A stretch of 64,000 nucleotides of DNA from Chiloscyllium plagiosum (Eukaryota), in NCBI RefSeq assembly GCF_004010195.1, contig NC_057749.1:24760979-24824978 (forward strand). The letters run 5' to 3'. A program made the position numbers and the translations under genes. The notes beneath the pieces were generated by a model. That model was not told the origin of the DNA, ran no database searches, and was given only the letters and a program-made list of their open reading frames with translations. Position 1 is the first letter of the stretch, and each line of letters starts with the position of its first letter. Shown piece after piece: positions 24,375 to 36,470 of this stretch.

Positions 24375-24880
24375 TGCTATAGGAAGGAAATAACTAAATT
24401 GGAAAGGGTGCAGAAAAGGTTGATAAGGATGTCAGTGATTCTGGAGGGTTTGAGTTATTAGAAGAGGCTGGATTGGATGGAACTTTTTTTCCCCTAGAGC
24501 ATGGTGGTTGAGGTGTGACCTTATACAGATTTATAAAATCAGTATAAGGTGAATAGCCAGAGTCTTTTTTCCCTAGAGTAGGGGAATTCAAAACTAGAGG
24601 GTCTAGGTTTCAGGTGAAGGGGAAAGATTTAAGAGGGACCTGAGAGGCAACTTGTTCACACAGAGGGTGGTGCATGTATGGAATGAGCTGCCAGAGGAAG
24701 CGGTAAATGCAGTAACAGTTACAACATTTAAAAGACATTTGATCAACGTACATGGATAGGAAAAGATTAGAGGGATATGGGCCAAAATAGGCAAATGGGA
24801 CTAGTTCGGCTTAGGAAACCTGTTCAGCATGGATGAGTTGAGCCAAAGCATCTGTTTCTGTGCTGTATGACTCTGTGACT
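24375..24880 (+). mobile_element. CR1 LINE 3' fragment
   Basis: LERVQKR...WNELPEE motifs; TGACTCT tail. Confidence 0.88.
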
Positions 24881-25140
24881 GTAGTAAAATACGTTGCAAG
24901 TTGTGCAGCAAATGTGATAATAAATAAACTGACTTCTGCTTGTGAGATTTGCAAACCGAAACAGACTCACTTCTAGCATGGGTTGCAGCATTGTCTATGC
25001 ACAGTTCGTAAAGGTGAATTTTGTTGAAGGTGAGGTGCACATGCAACATCCCCCTTCTCTGTTAAAGAAAGTTTAACCATTTACAAGGACAAGCGAGTGT
25101 ACCAGTCTTGGAAGTGTATAAGACATCATTTGCTGAGACA

Positions 25141-25772
25141 ACCAGGCCTTCTGTCGGTGCCTTAGTCCGGAGGCACCATTGATGGCCGTGATCACCAGTG
25201 AAGCTGCCTGTTGTTCCTATTTGTGTTGTTCAGCTTTCCTTTCATCCACGCTGTTGCTTCTCCAGAATGTGCTGGCACTTACATACTACAGCCAGGCTTT
25301 TGGTTCTAAAATAGCCATAGGCCCTCATATTTTTTCATACGGTGCAAATCTTCTTGAGAGCTACTCTTTTGGTTTTTAAGAGCTTCCAGATCACGTTGAG
25401 CTATTGGTTTTCCATTTCAGACTCTTTAAGTTCTATCAAAGTTATCTTTAAGTTCTATCAAAGGTCTGGTATATTTTCTCCTTTGTGATCTGCTGTAATA
25501 ACTGTTCAGCTGCTCCAACTTCTTGTTTTTTGTTGTTGTTTTATTGCTTGTTTGCTTTCCCCTATGACCTGCTTCATTTTATTTTCACTACAGCATCTTT
25601 TTGGGCGTTCATTTCATGAGAGAACCATCTCTCATGCATCATTTCCAGCTTTCCTCATGTGGCTGTGCATCTCCACCCGCTTTTCCAGGTCTGTCATTTT
25701 CTCCAGCATTGTTTTGAGCTCAAAGTGAAGTTTGTGTAGCTGTTCCTGCTGAGCCTGGTCAGTTTTACATGC
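25141..25772 (-). pseudogene. Possible decayed coiled-coil coding remnant (parent unknown)
   Basis: Frameshifted segments AQQEQLHKLHFELKTMLEKMTDLEKRVEM, AAEQLLQQITKEK, LIELKESEMENQ, QRDLEALKNQKSSSQEDLHRMKK. Confidence 0.4.
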
Positions 25773-25869
25773 ACGTCACTTCAGTTACTCCTACAAACCA
25801 GCAATCATTTCATTTGATTGATGAGATGGAGCTCATAGTCCATCCTATTTTGTTTATTTCTCCTCATAG

Positions 25870-26183
25870 AGGGCGGCACGGTGGCACAGTAGTTAGCACT
25901 GCTGCCTCACAGCACCAGAGACCTGGGTTCAATTCCCGCCTCAGACGACTGACTGTGTGGAGTTTGCATATTCTCCCCGTGTCTGCGTGGGTTTCCTTCG
26001 GGTACTCCGGTTTCCTCTCACAGTCCAAAGATGTGCAGGTCAGATGAATTGGCCATGCTAAATTGTCCGTAGTGTTAGGTAAGGGGTAAATGTAGGGATA
26101 TGGGTGGGTTGCGCTTCGGCGGGTCGGTGTAGACTTGTTGGGCCAAAGGGCCTGTTTCCACACTGTAAAGTAATCTAATCTAA
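25870..26183 (+). mobile_element. HE1-type SINE, full length
   Basis: GGGCGGCACGGTGGCACAG head to (TAATC)n tail. Confidence 0.92.
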
Positions 26184-26239
26184 TAGTTCATTCTGGCTTG
26201 TTTATTTCTCCTGCCTTGCTCTATCTTGTCAGTAAATGT

Positions 26240-28330
26240 GGAAATATAGACCCTATTCCCTCATTCAAATTGTTGGTATGTGTTGTGAACAGCTGGGGGT
26301 CAAGCTCTGATCCCTGTGGTAACCACCTTCCCACTCTGAAAATGACCCACTTATTTGAACTTTCTCTCTCCTGTCAGTGAAACAATTCTCAATCCATGTC
26401 AGTCCCATCTGCTTTGGTTTTTCACTTCTTATACGAGACTCTACCAAATAATTTCTGAAAATCCAAATACACCAAATTGTGACTGGAATCAGGTGAATTC
26501 CATTGATCCTCAATTAGGGTCGTTAATCTGGGCCAAGCATAGTAGTTCAGTAGTTAGCACTGCTGCCTCCCAGCGCCAAGGACCTGGGTTTGATTCCCGC
26601 CTCGGGCAACTGACTGTGTGGAGTTTGCACATTCTCCCCGTGTCTGTGTGGGTTTGCTCCGGGTGCTCCGGTTTCCTCCCACAATTCAAAAGATCGGCAG
26701 GTCAGGTGAATTGGACATGTAAAATTTCCCCTAGTGTCAGGTGTGTTAGTCAGGGGAATGGTTCTGGGTGAGTTACTCTTCGGAGAGGCGGTGTGGACTT
26801 GTTGGGCCAAAGGGCCTGTTTTCATGCTGTCGGAAATCTAATCAATGTGATCAGGAAATGCAGAATCTCCTCAGTTCAGGGAGTGCTGGCTGGCCACAGC
26901 CCGTATACTGTGCGCAAACAATCACAGGATGACTTGGTGACAGGATATTGGCCCCTGTCCTCATATTTCAAAGCATTCACTGGTTCTTTCTAATCCATTT
27001 TATTAGTCACGTCCTCAAGGAAGCTCACAGTAGGTTTATTAAGCACTATGGGTGGCACAGTGTCTCAGTGGTTAGCACTGCTGCCTCACAGCACCAGGGT
27101 CCCAGGTTTGATTCCAGCCTCGGGTGACTGTCCGTGTGGAGTTTGCACATTCTCTCTGTATCTTCGTGGGTTTCCTCCCACAGTCCAAAGATGTGCAGGT
27201 CAGGTGAATTGGCCATGTTAAATTGCGTAGTGAAAGGTGCGTAGGTCAGAGGGAAGTGGGTCTGGGTGGGTTACTTTTCGGAGGGTTGGTGTGGACTTGT
27301 TGGGCCAATAGGTCTGTTTCCGCACTGTAGGGAATCTAATCTAATCAAGTTGCCTTTCACAAATCTGTGCTGACTTTGCTTAATGCCGTCAGTAATTTTT
27401 TAAAGTGCATTGTTATCACATTCTTTACAGTAGACTCCATTATTTCCCATGTTTGGCTAGCCTTTCTTTTGTCCTCATTTCTTAACCAATTGGGTTGGAC
27501 TTGTCACCCTCCAATCTGCAGGGACTATTCCGGAATGTTTAGAATTTTGGAGGATGACTACTGTCACAAATCTAGTCCCTTTTGTTTCTCCTAAAAGCTG
27601 TTCCTTGGCTCAAGGAGACTCTGACCTTGATTTTTTTTCAGAGAGGCAGTAAACCAGGCCAGGCTCCGATCAATCTGGTTTGGTACAGAGATGAAATGGA
27701 TTTTGAGAGGCCTTTTGTTTATATGTAAACAGATGAGACTTCAGGCCAAAGTGGTCATGTTTTAGAAGTGACCTGTATAAAGAAAAGGAAGGGGTCCCTA
27801 GCTGAGCAGTTTTAATTCAGTCTTGAACTAGTTGCAAGTTCAACAGGGAGCTGTGTGGGAACTCTGTCTCTGTCTTCTGCCCTTCAACTCCAACCTGTAA
27901 GCACGTGTTCCATTTATACTGGTTTTTTAAAGGGAGTTTGCTTATTGGGACTGTTATGTGTATTCGGAACAGCATAATTAGTCCAGTTGGACAGGTTGAG
28001 TTCTGTAAGGGTTCCTTATTCTGTTCTTTGTGTTTCATTGTGTCATTTTGTGAATAAATTTCTGTCTGTTTTAAACTCTAGTAGTCAACCTAGCTAGCTT
28101 ACTCTGAGTAATTTTCACTCTGCACTTACCAAAACAAATTGCTAAGTTATGCCCTGGGCTGCCTGCTAAAGGATGTTTTGAGTGATCTGGCCTAGTCCAT
28201 AACATTACCAACACATCCATTATTTCCATGGCCTTTTCCTTTAATACACCGGGATGTAGATTCTCAGGATTTCGGGATTTATCAGCATTCAGTCCCATTA
28301 TTTTCACTAGCATATATTTTAAAATGAATA
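26240..28330 (-). mobile_element. Old CR1 RT region fragmented by HE1 SINEs (26535-26845, 27050-27346) and a solo LTR
   Basis: Minus ORF 28071..28343 GLNADKSRNPENLHPGVLKE matches the CR1 KSPGPD.LHPRVLKE motif. Confidence 0.7.
27562..28204 (+). mobile_element. Solo LTR (Gypsy/ERV-like), 643 bp
   Basis: TGTCAC...CCATAACA termini; 4-bp TSD CTAC/TTAC; AATAAA near 28054; removing it restores the host CR1. Confidence 0.75.
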
Positions 28331-28340
28331 ATAATAATAT

Positions 28341-29643
28341 CACTTGCCTTTCACTCCTCCCTGAAACATCTTGATACCAAGAACAGCTACGTAAGAATCC
28401 TACTCATTGACTACAGTTCAGCCTTCAACACTATTATCCCCTCGAGATTGATTACTGAACTTAGTGACCTTGGACTAAACCCCACTCTCTGCAACTGGAT
28501 CTCAGTTTCCTGACCCACAGGCCACAATTAGTGAAGACTGGGGACAATATTTCACCCTCACTACACTCAACACTGGAGCCCCCCAGGGGTGCGTACTCAG
28601 CCCCCTACTGTACTCACTGTATACCCATGAGTGCATTACCAAATACCAGACTAATGCCATTTACAAGTTCGCTGATGACACCACCATAGTTGGTTGAATC
28701 ACAGATGGCGATGAAGCAGACTACAGATGGGAGGTGGAAGACCTGGAAAAATGACGCACTGAGAACAACCTAGCTCTCAATGCCGGCAAAACCAAAGATC
28801 TCTTTACTCACTTTCAGCAGGATGTTACTCGATCTCCCCCCCCACATACATTAACAGTACAAAGGTGGAACGGGTGGAAAGTGTCAAGCTCCTGGGAGTG
28901 GTCATCCACAACAAGCTTTCTTGGACTCGTCATATGAACGCACTGATTACAAAGGCCCAACAACATCCCTTCGTCCTCAGGCAGCTGAGAAAACTTGGCA
29001 TGACGGTGAATGCCCTTTTATACGTGCGCCATCGAGAGCATTCTGTCTGGATGTATCACTATCTGGTATGGCAACTGTACCATTCAAGATCGGAGACAGT
29101 TACAGAGAGTGGTGAACTCGGCCCGGACAATCACAAAGGCCAACCTCCCATCTACAGAATCCATCTACCAGGCCCAATGTCAAGGAAAGGCTGCCAGCAT
29201 TCTCAAAGATCCATCCCACCCTGGCAATGCTTTTCTACAACCTCTACCATCGGGGAGGAGGTACAGAAGCCTGAACACATGCACCAGCCGGTTTCGTTAC
29301 TGTTCCTACCCTACTGTTGTTAGAATACTGAATGGACCCAGCATTCTCAAAGATCCATCCCACCCTGGCAATGCTTTTCTACAACCTCTACCATCGGGGA
29401 GGAGGTACAGAAGCCTGAACACATGCACCAGCCAGTTTCGAAACAGTTTCTACCCAACTGTTGTTAGAATACTGAATGGACTCACAAATTCTTACCATTC
29501 GTCTGTACCTGTGTTTTTGTTTCTGCCACTGTTTACCTATTATCTAGTTATCTATGCTATTAACTCTGTGATCTGCCTGTACTGCTCGCAAGACAAAACT
29601 TTTCACTGTGCCTCGGTACATGTGACAATGAATTCAATTCAAT
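28341..29643 (+). mobile_element. Rex1/Babar-type LINE, 5' truncated
   Basis: [54 protein letters not shown]; (AATTC)n tail. Confidence 0.88.
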
Positions 29644-29864
29644 TTCTATCAACTCCTCTATCTCAAAGCCCTATTCTTCCCACAAACTTTAGTCTTTTCT
29701 TGTGCCTTCTTCTGTGAAGACAGAAGGCAGCCTTCCTACATTTGCCCTGTTTAGTAGTTTTAGAATTTTATATTGTTCTACAAAATCTGTCCTCCCCCAT
29801 TTTTCTAAACTCTAGTGAATATAGCCCTAATCGATCCAATCTCTCTTCCTATCTCAGTTCCACT

Positions 29865-31645
29865 ATCCCAGTTAGTTTAACAACTGTTGTTGGGAAAGTG
29901 TTAGAATCAATTATCAAGGAAGCAATATCAGGATGTTTGGCAAGTCAAAATACTATCCATCAGAGTCAGCATGGTTTTATGAAGGGCAAAACATGTTTGA
30001 CTAATTTGCTCGAGTTCTTCAAAGAAGTAACAAGCAAAGTGGATAATGGGGATTCTGTAGTTGTAATATATCTGGACTTCCAGAAGGCATTTGATAAGGT
30101 GTTACACAAAAGGTTAATCCACAAGGTTAGATCATATCGGATTAGGGGTATAGCCTGGACAGACGACCGGCTGATGGACAGAAGACAGAGTCGGGCTAAA
30201 TGGGTTTTTTGTCTGGATGGCAAGATGTAACTTGTGGGGTGTCACAGGGTTCAGTCCTTGGGCTCCAACTAATTACATTCTACATTAATGACTTGGGTAC
30301 AGGGATAGAAAGCTCCATAGCCAAATTTGCAGACAACACAAAAATAGGCGGGATGGGAAATTACAAGGAGGAAACAATGACCTTAAAAATGGACATAGCT
30401 AGGTTAGGAGAGTGGGCCAGTATGTGGCAGATAGAGTTTAACGTGGGTAAGTGTGAGTTTATGCATTTTGTGTTGGAAAAATGGGACGGTGACCTATTAT
30501 CTAAATGGGCAAAGACTTCGAGGTGCACTGGTGCAGATGGATCTAGGTGGACACGTTCATGAGTCACAGAAAACTAGTGTGCAGGTACAGCAGATGAGAA
30601 AGAAAGGGAATAGAATGGTGGCTTTTATAGTGAAAGGAATAGAACATCAAGTAAAGGAAGTATTGTTACAACAGTACAAGGCACTGGTGAGACTGCACCT
30701 GGAGTATTGTGCACAGTTTTGATCCCCTTATTTGAGGAAAGGTGTTGTGAGATTGGAGGCAGTTCAGAGGAAGTTCAGGTAGGTAAAAACAGATGCCTGG
30801 AAACCAGATTCTGGATTAGTGATGCTGGAAGAGCACAGCAGTTCAGGCAGCATCCGCGGAGCAGTAAAATCGACGTTTCGGGCAAATGCTGGAGGTTAGA
30901 AGCTAGGATGAGGTGGGGGAAGGGGAAATGAGGAAACTGTTGAAATCCACATTGATGCCCTGGGGTTGAAGTGTTCCGAGGCGGAAGATCAGGCGTTCTT
31001 CCTCCAGGCGTCTGGTGGTGAGGGAGCAGCCCCACCCTCCTCTCACTTATCTCTCCACCCTTCAGGCTCTCTGCCTGTATTCCTGATGAAGGGCTTTTGC
31101 CCGAAACGTCGATTTCGCTGCTCCTCGGATGCTGCCTGAACTGCTGTGCTCTTCCAGCACCACTAAGCCAGAATCAGAGGAAGTTCACTAGATTGATCCC
31201 AGAGATGAGGGGTTTCTCCTGTGATGAGAGATTGAACAGTTTAGGGTCTATACTCTCTGGAATTTAGAAGAATGAGGGGAGATCAAGTTGAGATGATAAA
31301 AGGTGTGGATAAAATAGACAGGGAGTGAATGCTTCCTCTTGTGGGGCATTATGGGACGAGAGGTCACAGTGTTAGGGGAAAGGGCAGCAAATTTCAAACA
31401 GAGTTGAGGAGAAACTACTTTGCCCAAAGGGTTATGAATGTGTGGAATTCACTTCCCCAAAGTGCGGTGGATACTGGCACAGTGAGTAAATTTGAGGGGG
31501 AGTTAGACAGATTTTTACTTGGTGCTGGGTTGAAGGATAATGGTGAGAAGACAGGAAATGGGGATGAGGAGCATATCAGCTACAATCGAATGGCGGAGCA
31601 GACTCGATGGGCCGAATGGTCTAATTCTGCTCCTATATCTTATGA
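29865..31645 (+). mobile_element. CR1 LINE RT and 3' end
   Basis: PVSLTTVVGKVLE, QHGFMKGK, YLDFQKAFDKV, QGSVLG, KFADNTK. Confidence 0.92.
30778..31173. mobile_element. Penelope-like fold-back insertion in CR1
   Basis: TSD TCAGAGGAAGTTCA at 30764-30777 and 31174-31187; hammerhead core at 31079-31114. Confidence 0.88.
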
Positions 31646-31786
31646 GCTTATAAACATGGTACTCCAGGCGTTGTCTCATCAACGTTGACTCAGTCACCAC
31701 AGATACCGTCACTGCTTCTCTGATTTCCTGTAGTACCTCGGGAATATACCATTCACAGGCCGAGCTGAAACATCACCAGGAGCTGC

Positions 31787-32818
31787 CGAGAGACCAGGCC
31801 AAAACCCATCAAGAAAACAGGCTGAGACCCATCAAGAGACCAGGCCGAGACCCACCAAGAGACCGGGTTGAGACCCATCAAGAGACCGGGCCGAGACCCA
31901 CCAAGAGACCAGGCCGAGACCCACCAAGAGACCGGGCCGAGACCCACCAAGAGACCGGACTGAGACCCATCAAGGGAACAGGCTGAGACCCACCAAGAGA
32001 CCAGGCCGAGACCCACCAAGAGACCGGGCTGAGACCCACCAAGAGACCGGGCCGAGACCCACCAAGAGATCAGGCCGAAACCCACCAAGAGACCAGGCAG
32101 AGACCCACCAAGAGACCAGGCCGAGACCCACCAAGAGACCAGGCCGAGACCCACCAAGAGACCAGGCAGAGACCTACCAAGATACCAGGCCGAGGCCCAC
32201 CAAGAGACCGGGCCGAGACCCACCAAGAGACCGGGCCGAGACCCACCAAGAGACCAGGCAGAGACCTACCAAATTACCAGGCCGAGACCCACCAAGAGAT
32301 CAGGCCAAAACCCACCAAGAGACCAAGCTGAGACCCACCAAGAGACCTGGTTGAGACCCATCAAGAGACCGGGCCGAGACCCACCAAGAGACCAGGCCGA
32401 GACCCACCAAGAGACCGGGCCGAGACCCACCAAGAGACCGGACTGAGACCCATCAAGAGAACAGGCTGAGGCCCACCAAGAGACCAGGCCGAGACCCACC
32501 CAGAGACCGGGCTGAGACCCACCAAGAGACCGGGCCGAGACCCACCAAGAGATCAGGCCAAAACCCACCTAGAGACCAGGCAGAGACCCACCAAGAGACC
32601 AGGCCGAGACCCACCAAGAGACCAGGCAGAGACCTACCAAATTACCAGGCCGAGACCCACCAAGAGATCAGGCCAAAACCCACCAAGAGACCAGGCTGAG
32701 ACCCACCAAGAGACCAGGCAGAGACCCACCAAGAGACCAGGCCGAAACCCACCAAGAGACCGGGCCAAGACCCATCAAGAGACCAGACTGAGACCTACAA
32801 AGAGACCAGGATGAGACC
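31787..32818. repeat. 23-bp minisatellite (GAGACCCACCAAGAGACCAGGCC) x~45
   Basis: Direct tandem array with variant units. Confidence 0.97.
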
Positions 32819-34329
32819 TGCATACTTTAGTTTGTTATCCTTTTAATCAACCTCTTGGTCCCCATTTGCTGAATTCTAAACTGCTCACTGTCCTCAAGCT
32901 TACTACATTTTTGAGGAACTTTAAATGACCGCTCTTTGAATCTAATACTATCCTTAATTTCTTTTATTAATGTAGTTGGGCCATTTTTCCTGTTATATTT
33001 TGCCTGAAAACAATGTAGAATTGCTGCAGTGTGTACATTTGTACCTTAAATATGAAACAGTCTCTATCGACTGTCATAATAACAAAATTATCCAGACTAC
33101 TGCAGCCAACTCAACCCTCAGACTTTCTTAAAAGACAGGGTACAGATACACCAAACTGTCACTTGTTAATGCTGCTGTGAAGCACCTTGGAACATTTTCA
33201 CGGCGTGAAAGGTGCTAAATAAATGCAAGTTCATGTACAACAGTGGCAGCTTCTCCATCCATCTGCAGAAACTAAATTCATAGAGGCAGCAGGAATTTAG
33301 GCTGAGAGTAATGCTAGACAGCTGACCTAATCAGCCTCACATTTTAAAAGAGATGTGGGGAATATTAATAATGTCTCACGTCTCTAATTTAACAAAGCAT
33401 TCAAACGCAAAATGAGCATTTGAAAGAATAAACGAGCTGTTCATTTCTCCAGGACTGGAGGAGCTGAGAGCTCCCTTGTGATTCTTTAAGCTGTTTCTTA
33501 ATATTAAGTATTAGATCAGACAGGTTAATGGACAATGCATTTTCAAAGGATTTAGCCTCTCTTGTTAAACTCATATCCACAGGGCATTTTATAACGATTT
33601 CCCACAGAAAGGATTTTGTGGTTAATTCCACCTTTCCACTGTGTTTAGGCACAGTGCCAGATCTGTTTGGTCTGTCCAATATAAATAGCTGGGACAAATA
33701 TCTAAGGCTTTATTTCATCTTTATGACACAATGTCAAGTTGAAGCTGTATTTTGTCGAAATGCCTTAAAACTGGGCTGAAACATTTCAATTAACAGATGT
33801 GAGAGAAAATTTTGAAAAAAAATTAGTTAAACCGACTCAAGTCATAATTTCTGGGAATTTTCACACCTCAGATGATTAATGGCTTTGAGAATGTTACAAA
33901 TGACTGTAATTTTACCCTTTGCTTTCGTTTCCCAGCCAATAAAAGAGCGCTCAAACACCAGAAACAATTAGTTCAGGTGAGCAAAAGTTTTAAAACATAA
34001 ATGAACATTTTCTGAAGCCTTTATGGGAAGTCTTTTTAACCACAGTGATGTGTTCTGTTTGCTGTGGAAATCATTTCCCGTATCTCCGACTGACCCAGAT
34101 GCAAATAGCAGTAGGAGCTGATGCAGGGTGAGAGGACACATCATCAGACTCTTCAGTCATGTCAGGATTATTCCAGGTGGATTGGAGTTAGGTACAGTGG
34201 ACGTCCAAAGAGACTGTGGGGATTCAGATGCTTAGACTTTCAAATGGCGCAAGCAATTAAGGCGGCTAAAGGGATACTGGCCTTTATATTGAGAGTGTCC
34301 AGACTCAAACTGTGTGGCCAAATTCCACC

Positions 34330-35450
34330 CCAACCCCATTTATAACTCCGCTAACATCACCACTGTTGCAGGGTGGATCTCAAGCAAAGACGAGGCAGAA
34401 TCCAGGAAAGCGATAAGAGTGCTTAGCAGCATGGTATAAAGACAACAAACCCTCCATCATTGTCAGCAAAGTGAAGGAGCTGGCCAAAGTGAGGATTGCA
34501 GATGCTGGAAACCAGAGTTTAGATCAGAGTGGTGCTGGAAAAGCACAGCAGGTCAGGCAGCATCTGAGGAGCAGGAAAATCGACGTTTCGGGCAAAAGCC
34601 CTTCATCAGGAATTCCTAATGAAGGGCTTTTGCCTGAAATGTCGATTTCTCTGCTCTTCGGATGCAGCCTGACCTGCTGTGCTTTTCCAGCACCAATCTG
34701 ATCTAAAAACTGAAGGAGCTGGCCACTGACTTCAGGAAGCAGAGTGGAGGACCTGTCCGTATCAATAATATTGAGGTGGAGCTTTTCAGGAACGTCAAAT
34801 TCCTGGGAGTGATGATCACTTACAATCAACAACCACCCATGTTGATGCTAGAGTCAAGAGAGCACAACAACGTCTCTACTTTCTCAGGAGGCTAAGCAAA
34901 TTCAGCATGTCCACAAGGACTCTTACCAATTTTTATAGATGCACCATAGAAAGCATCCTACCTGGATGTATCACAGCTTGGTACGGCAATTACTCTGCCC
35001 AAGATTGAAAGAAACTACAGAGAATTGTGAACATAGCCCAGTCCATCACACAAACCAACCTGCTATCCATTGACTCCATCGACACTACCTGCTTCCTCAG
35101 GAAATCAGCCGACATCATCAAAGACCCCTCCCACCCCAGTTATAATCTCTTCCACCCTCTTCCATTGGGCAGAAGATACAAAAGTTTGAAAATACATACC
35201 AACAGATTCAAGAACAGCTTCTTCCCCGCTTTTATTGGACTTCTAAGTGGACATCCCAAATTTTAAATTTAAAGTTGATCTCTCTCTCTATGTGTACCTT
35301 CTCTGCAGCTCTAACATCGTATTCCTCATTTTGTCCCATTATCCTGATGCACTTTGTATGGAATGATCTGTCTGTACTGCACACAGAACAAAACCTTTCA
35401 CTGTACCTCGGTACACGTGACAGTAATAAATTAAATCAAATCAAATCAAG
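34330..35450 (+). mobile_element. Rex1/Babar-type LINE 3' part; a second copy at ~35465-35925
   Basis: IIKDPSHP...LPLGRRYKSLK...RFKNSFFP; (AAATC)n tail. Confidence 0.82.
34487..34706. mobile_element. Penelope-like fold-back insertion (family A)
   Basis: Palindromic centre CTTCATCAGGAATTCCTAATGAAG; TSD TGAAGGAGCTGGCCA at 34472-34486 and 34711-34725. Confidence 0.9.
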
Positions 35451-36294
35451 AGATCTGGAGTACAAAGATGCAGAATATGCGCCATAGAAAGCATCCTACC
35501 CGGATGCATCACGGCTCGGTATAGCAACAGCTCTGCCCAAGACTGTAACAAACTACAGCGAGTTGTGAACACAGCCCAGTCCATCACCCAAACCAACCTT
35601 CCATCCATTGACTCCATCTACACTTCCCACTGCTTCAGGAAGGCAGCCAACATCATCAAAGACTCCTCCCACCCCAGTTACACACTCTTCCACAAGCAGA
35701 AGTTACAAAAGTTTGAAAACACGCACCAATAGATTTAAGAACAGTTTCTCTCCTGCTGTTATCAGACGGTCTCATATATTAGAGTTGATCTTTCTCTGCA
35801 CCTTCTCTTCAGTTGTAACACTGTATCCTGCATTCTGTTCATATTTCCCTGATGGACTTATAGAAGGTATGATACTTTTCACTGTATTTTGGTATATGTG
35901 ACAATAATAAATCAGATCCAATTAAAACCCTGGTTCTGGGCACCACACCTCATGAAGGATAGATCAGCCTTGGAGGGTGTACAACATAGGATTACAGGTC
36001 AGGGTTGAATTATGAGGAGCAATGAAACAAATTAGACCTTTTTCTGTAGAATTTAGAAAGGTGAAGGGTGATCTGACCGAAGTCTTCAAGATGTTAACAG
36101 GTAAAGGCAGGGTACAAAATGCCACTGTTAAAGTGACAGCATCATCACGCCCTTAATCCTAGATGCTTCACTGAGATCACCGCTCATGCTTCCAAATTCT
36201 AATCACTAGGGTCAATCCCCTGCTCATCTCCCATATGTCTGGGCACCAATTTCATTGAAATAATCTTCCAATGTCCTGTCGAACGCCTCAATTA

Positions 36295-36470
36295 AACAAA
36301 GACCCCATCTATCTACTCAACTGGACATCAAAGATCCTCATGCCACAATTCATAGTAAAGAAGGAGAAATCTCTTCAGTGTCCAGGCCAATATTGATCAT
36401 TAAACCAAATTGTCTGATTATGTATTTCACTATTGTCTGTGGGAGCTTGCTGCAAAGCTCCTTTCTCTAG
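36295..36470 (+). mobile_element. DeuSINE (SacSINE1-like) remnant
   Basis: TGGACATCAAAGATCC...GTGTCCAGGCCAATATT...TGTGGGAGCTTGCTG resembles the Deu domain. Confidence 0.55.

Noticed and set aside
31753..32568. Minus-strand ORFs of 157 and 100 aa rich in G/L/W/S
   Set aside because: Translations of the 23-bp minisatellite
31787..32818. CRISPR-like array
   Set aside because: No unique spacers; pure tandem repeat in eukaryotic DNA
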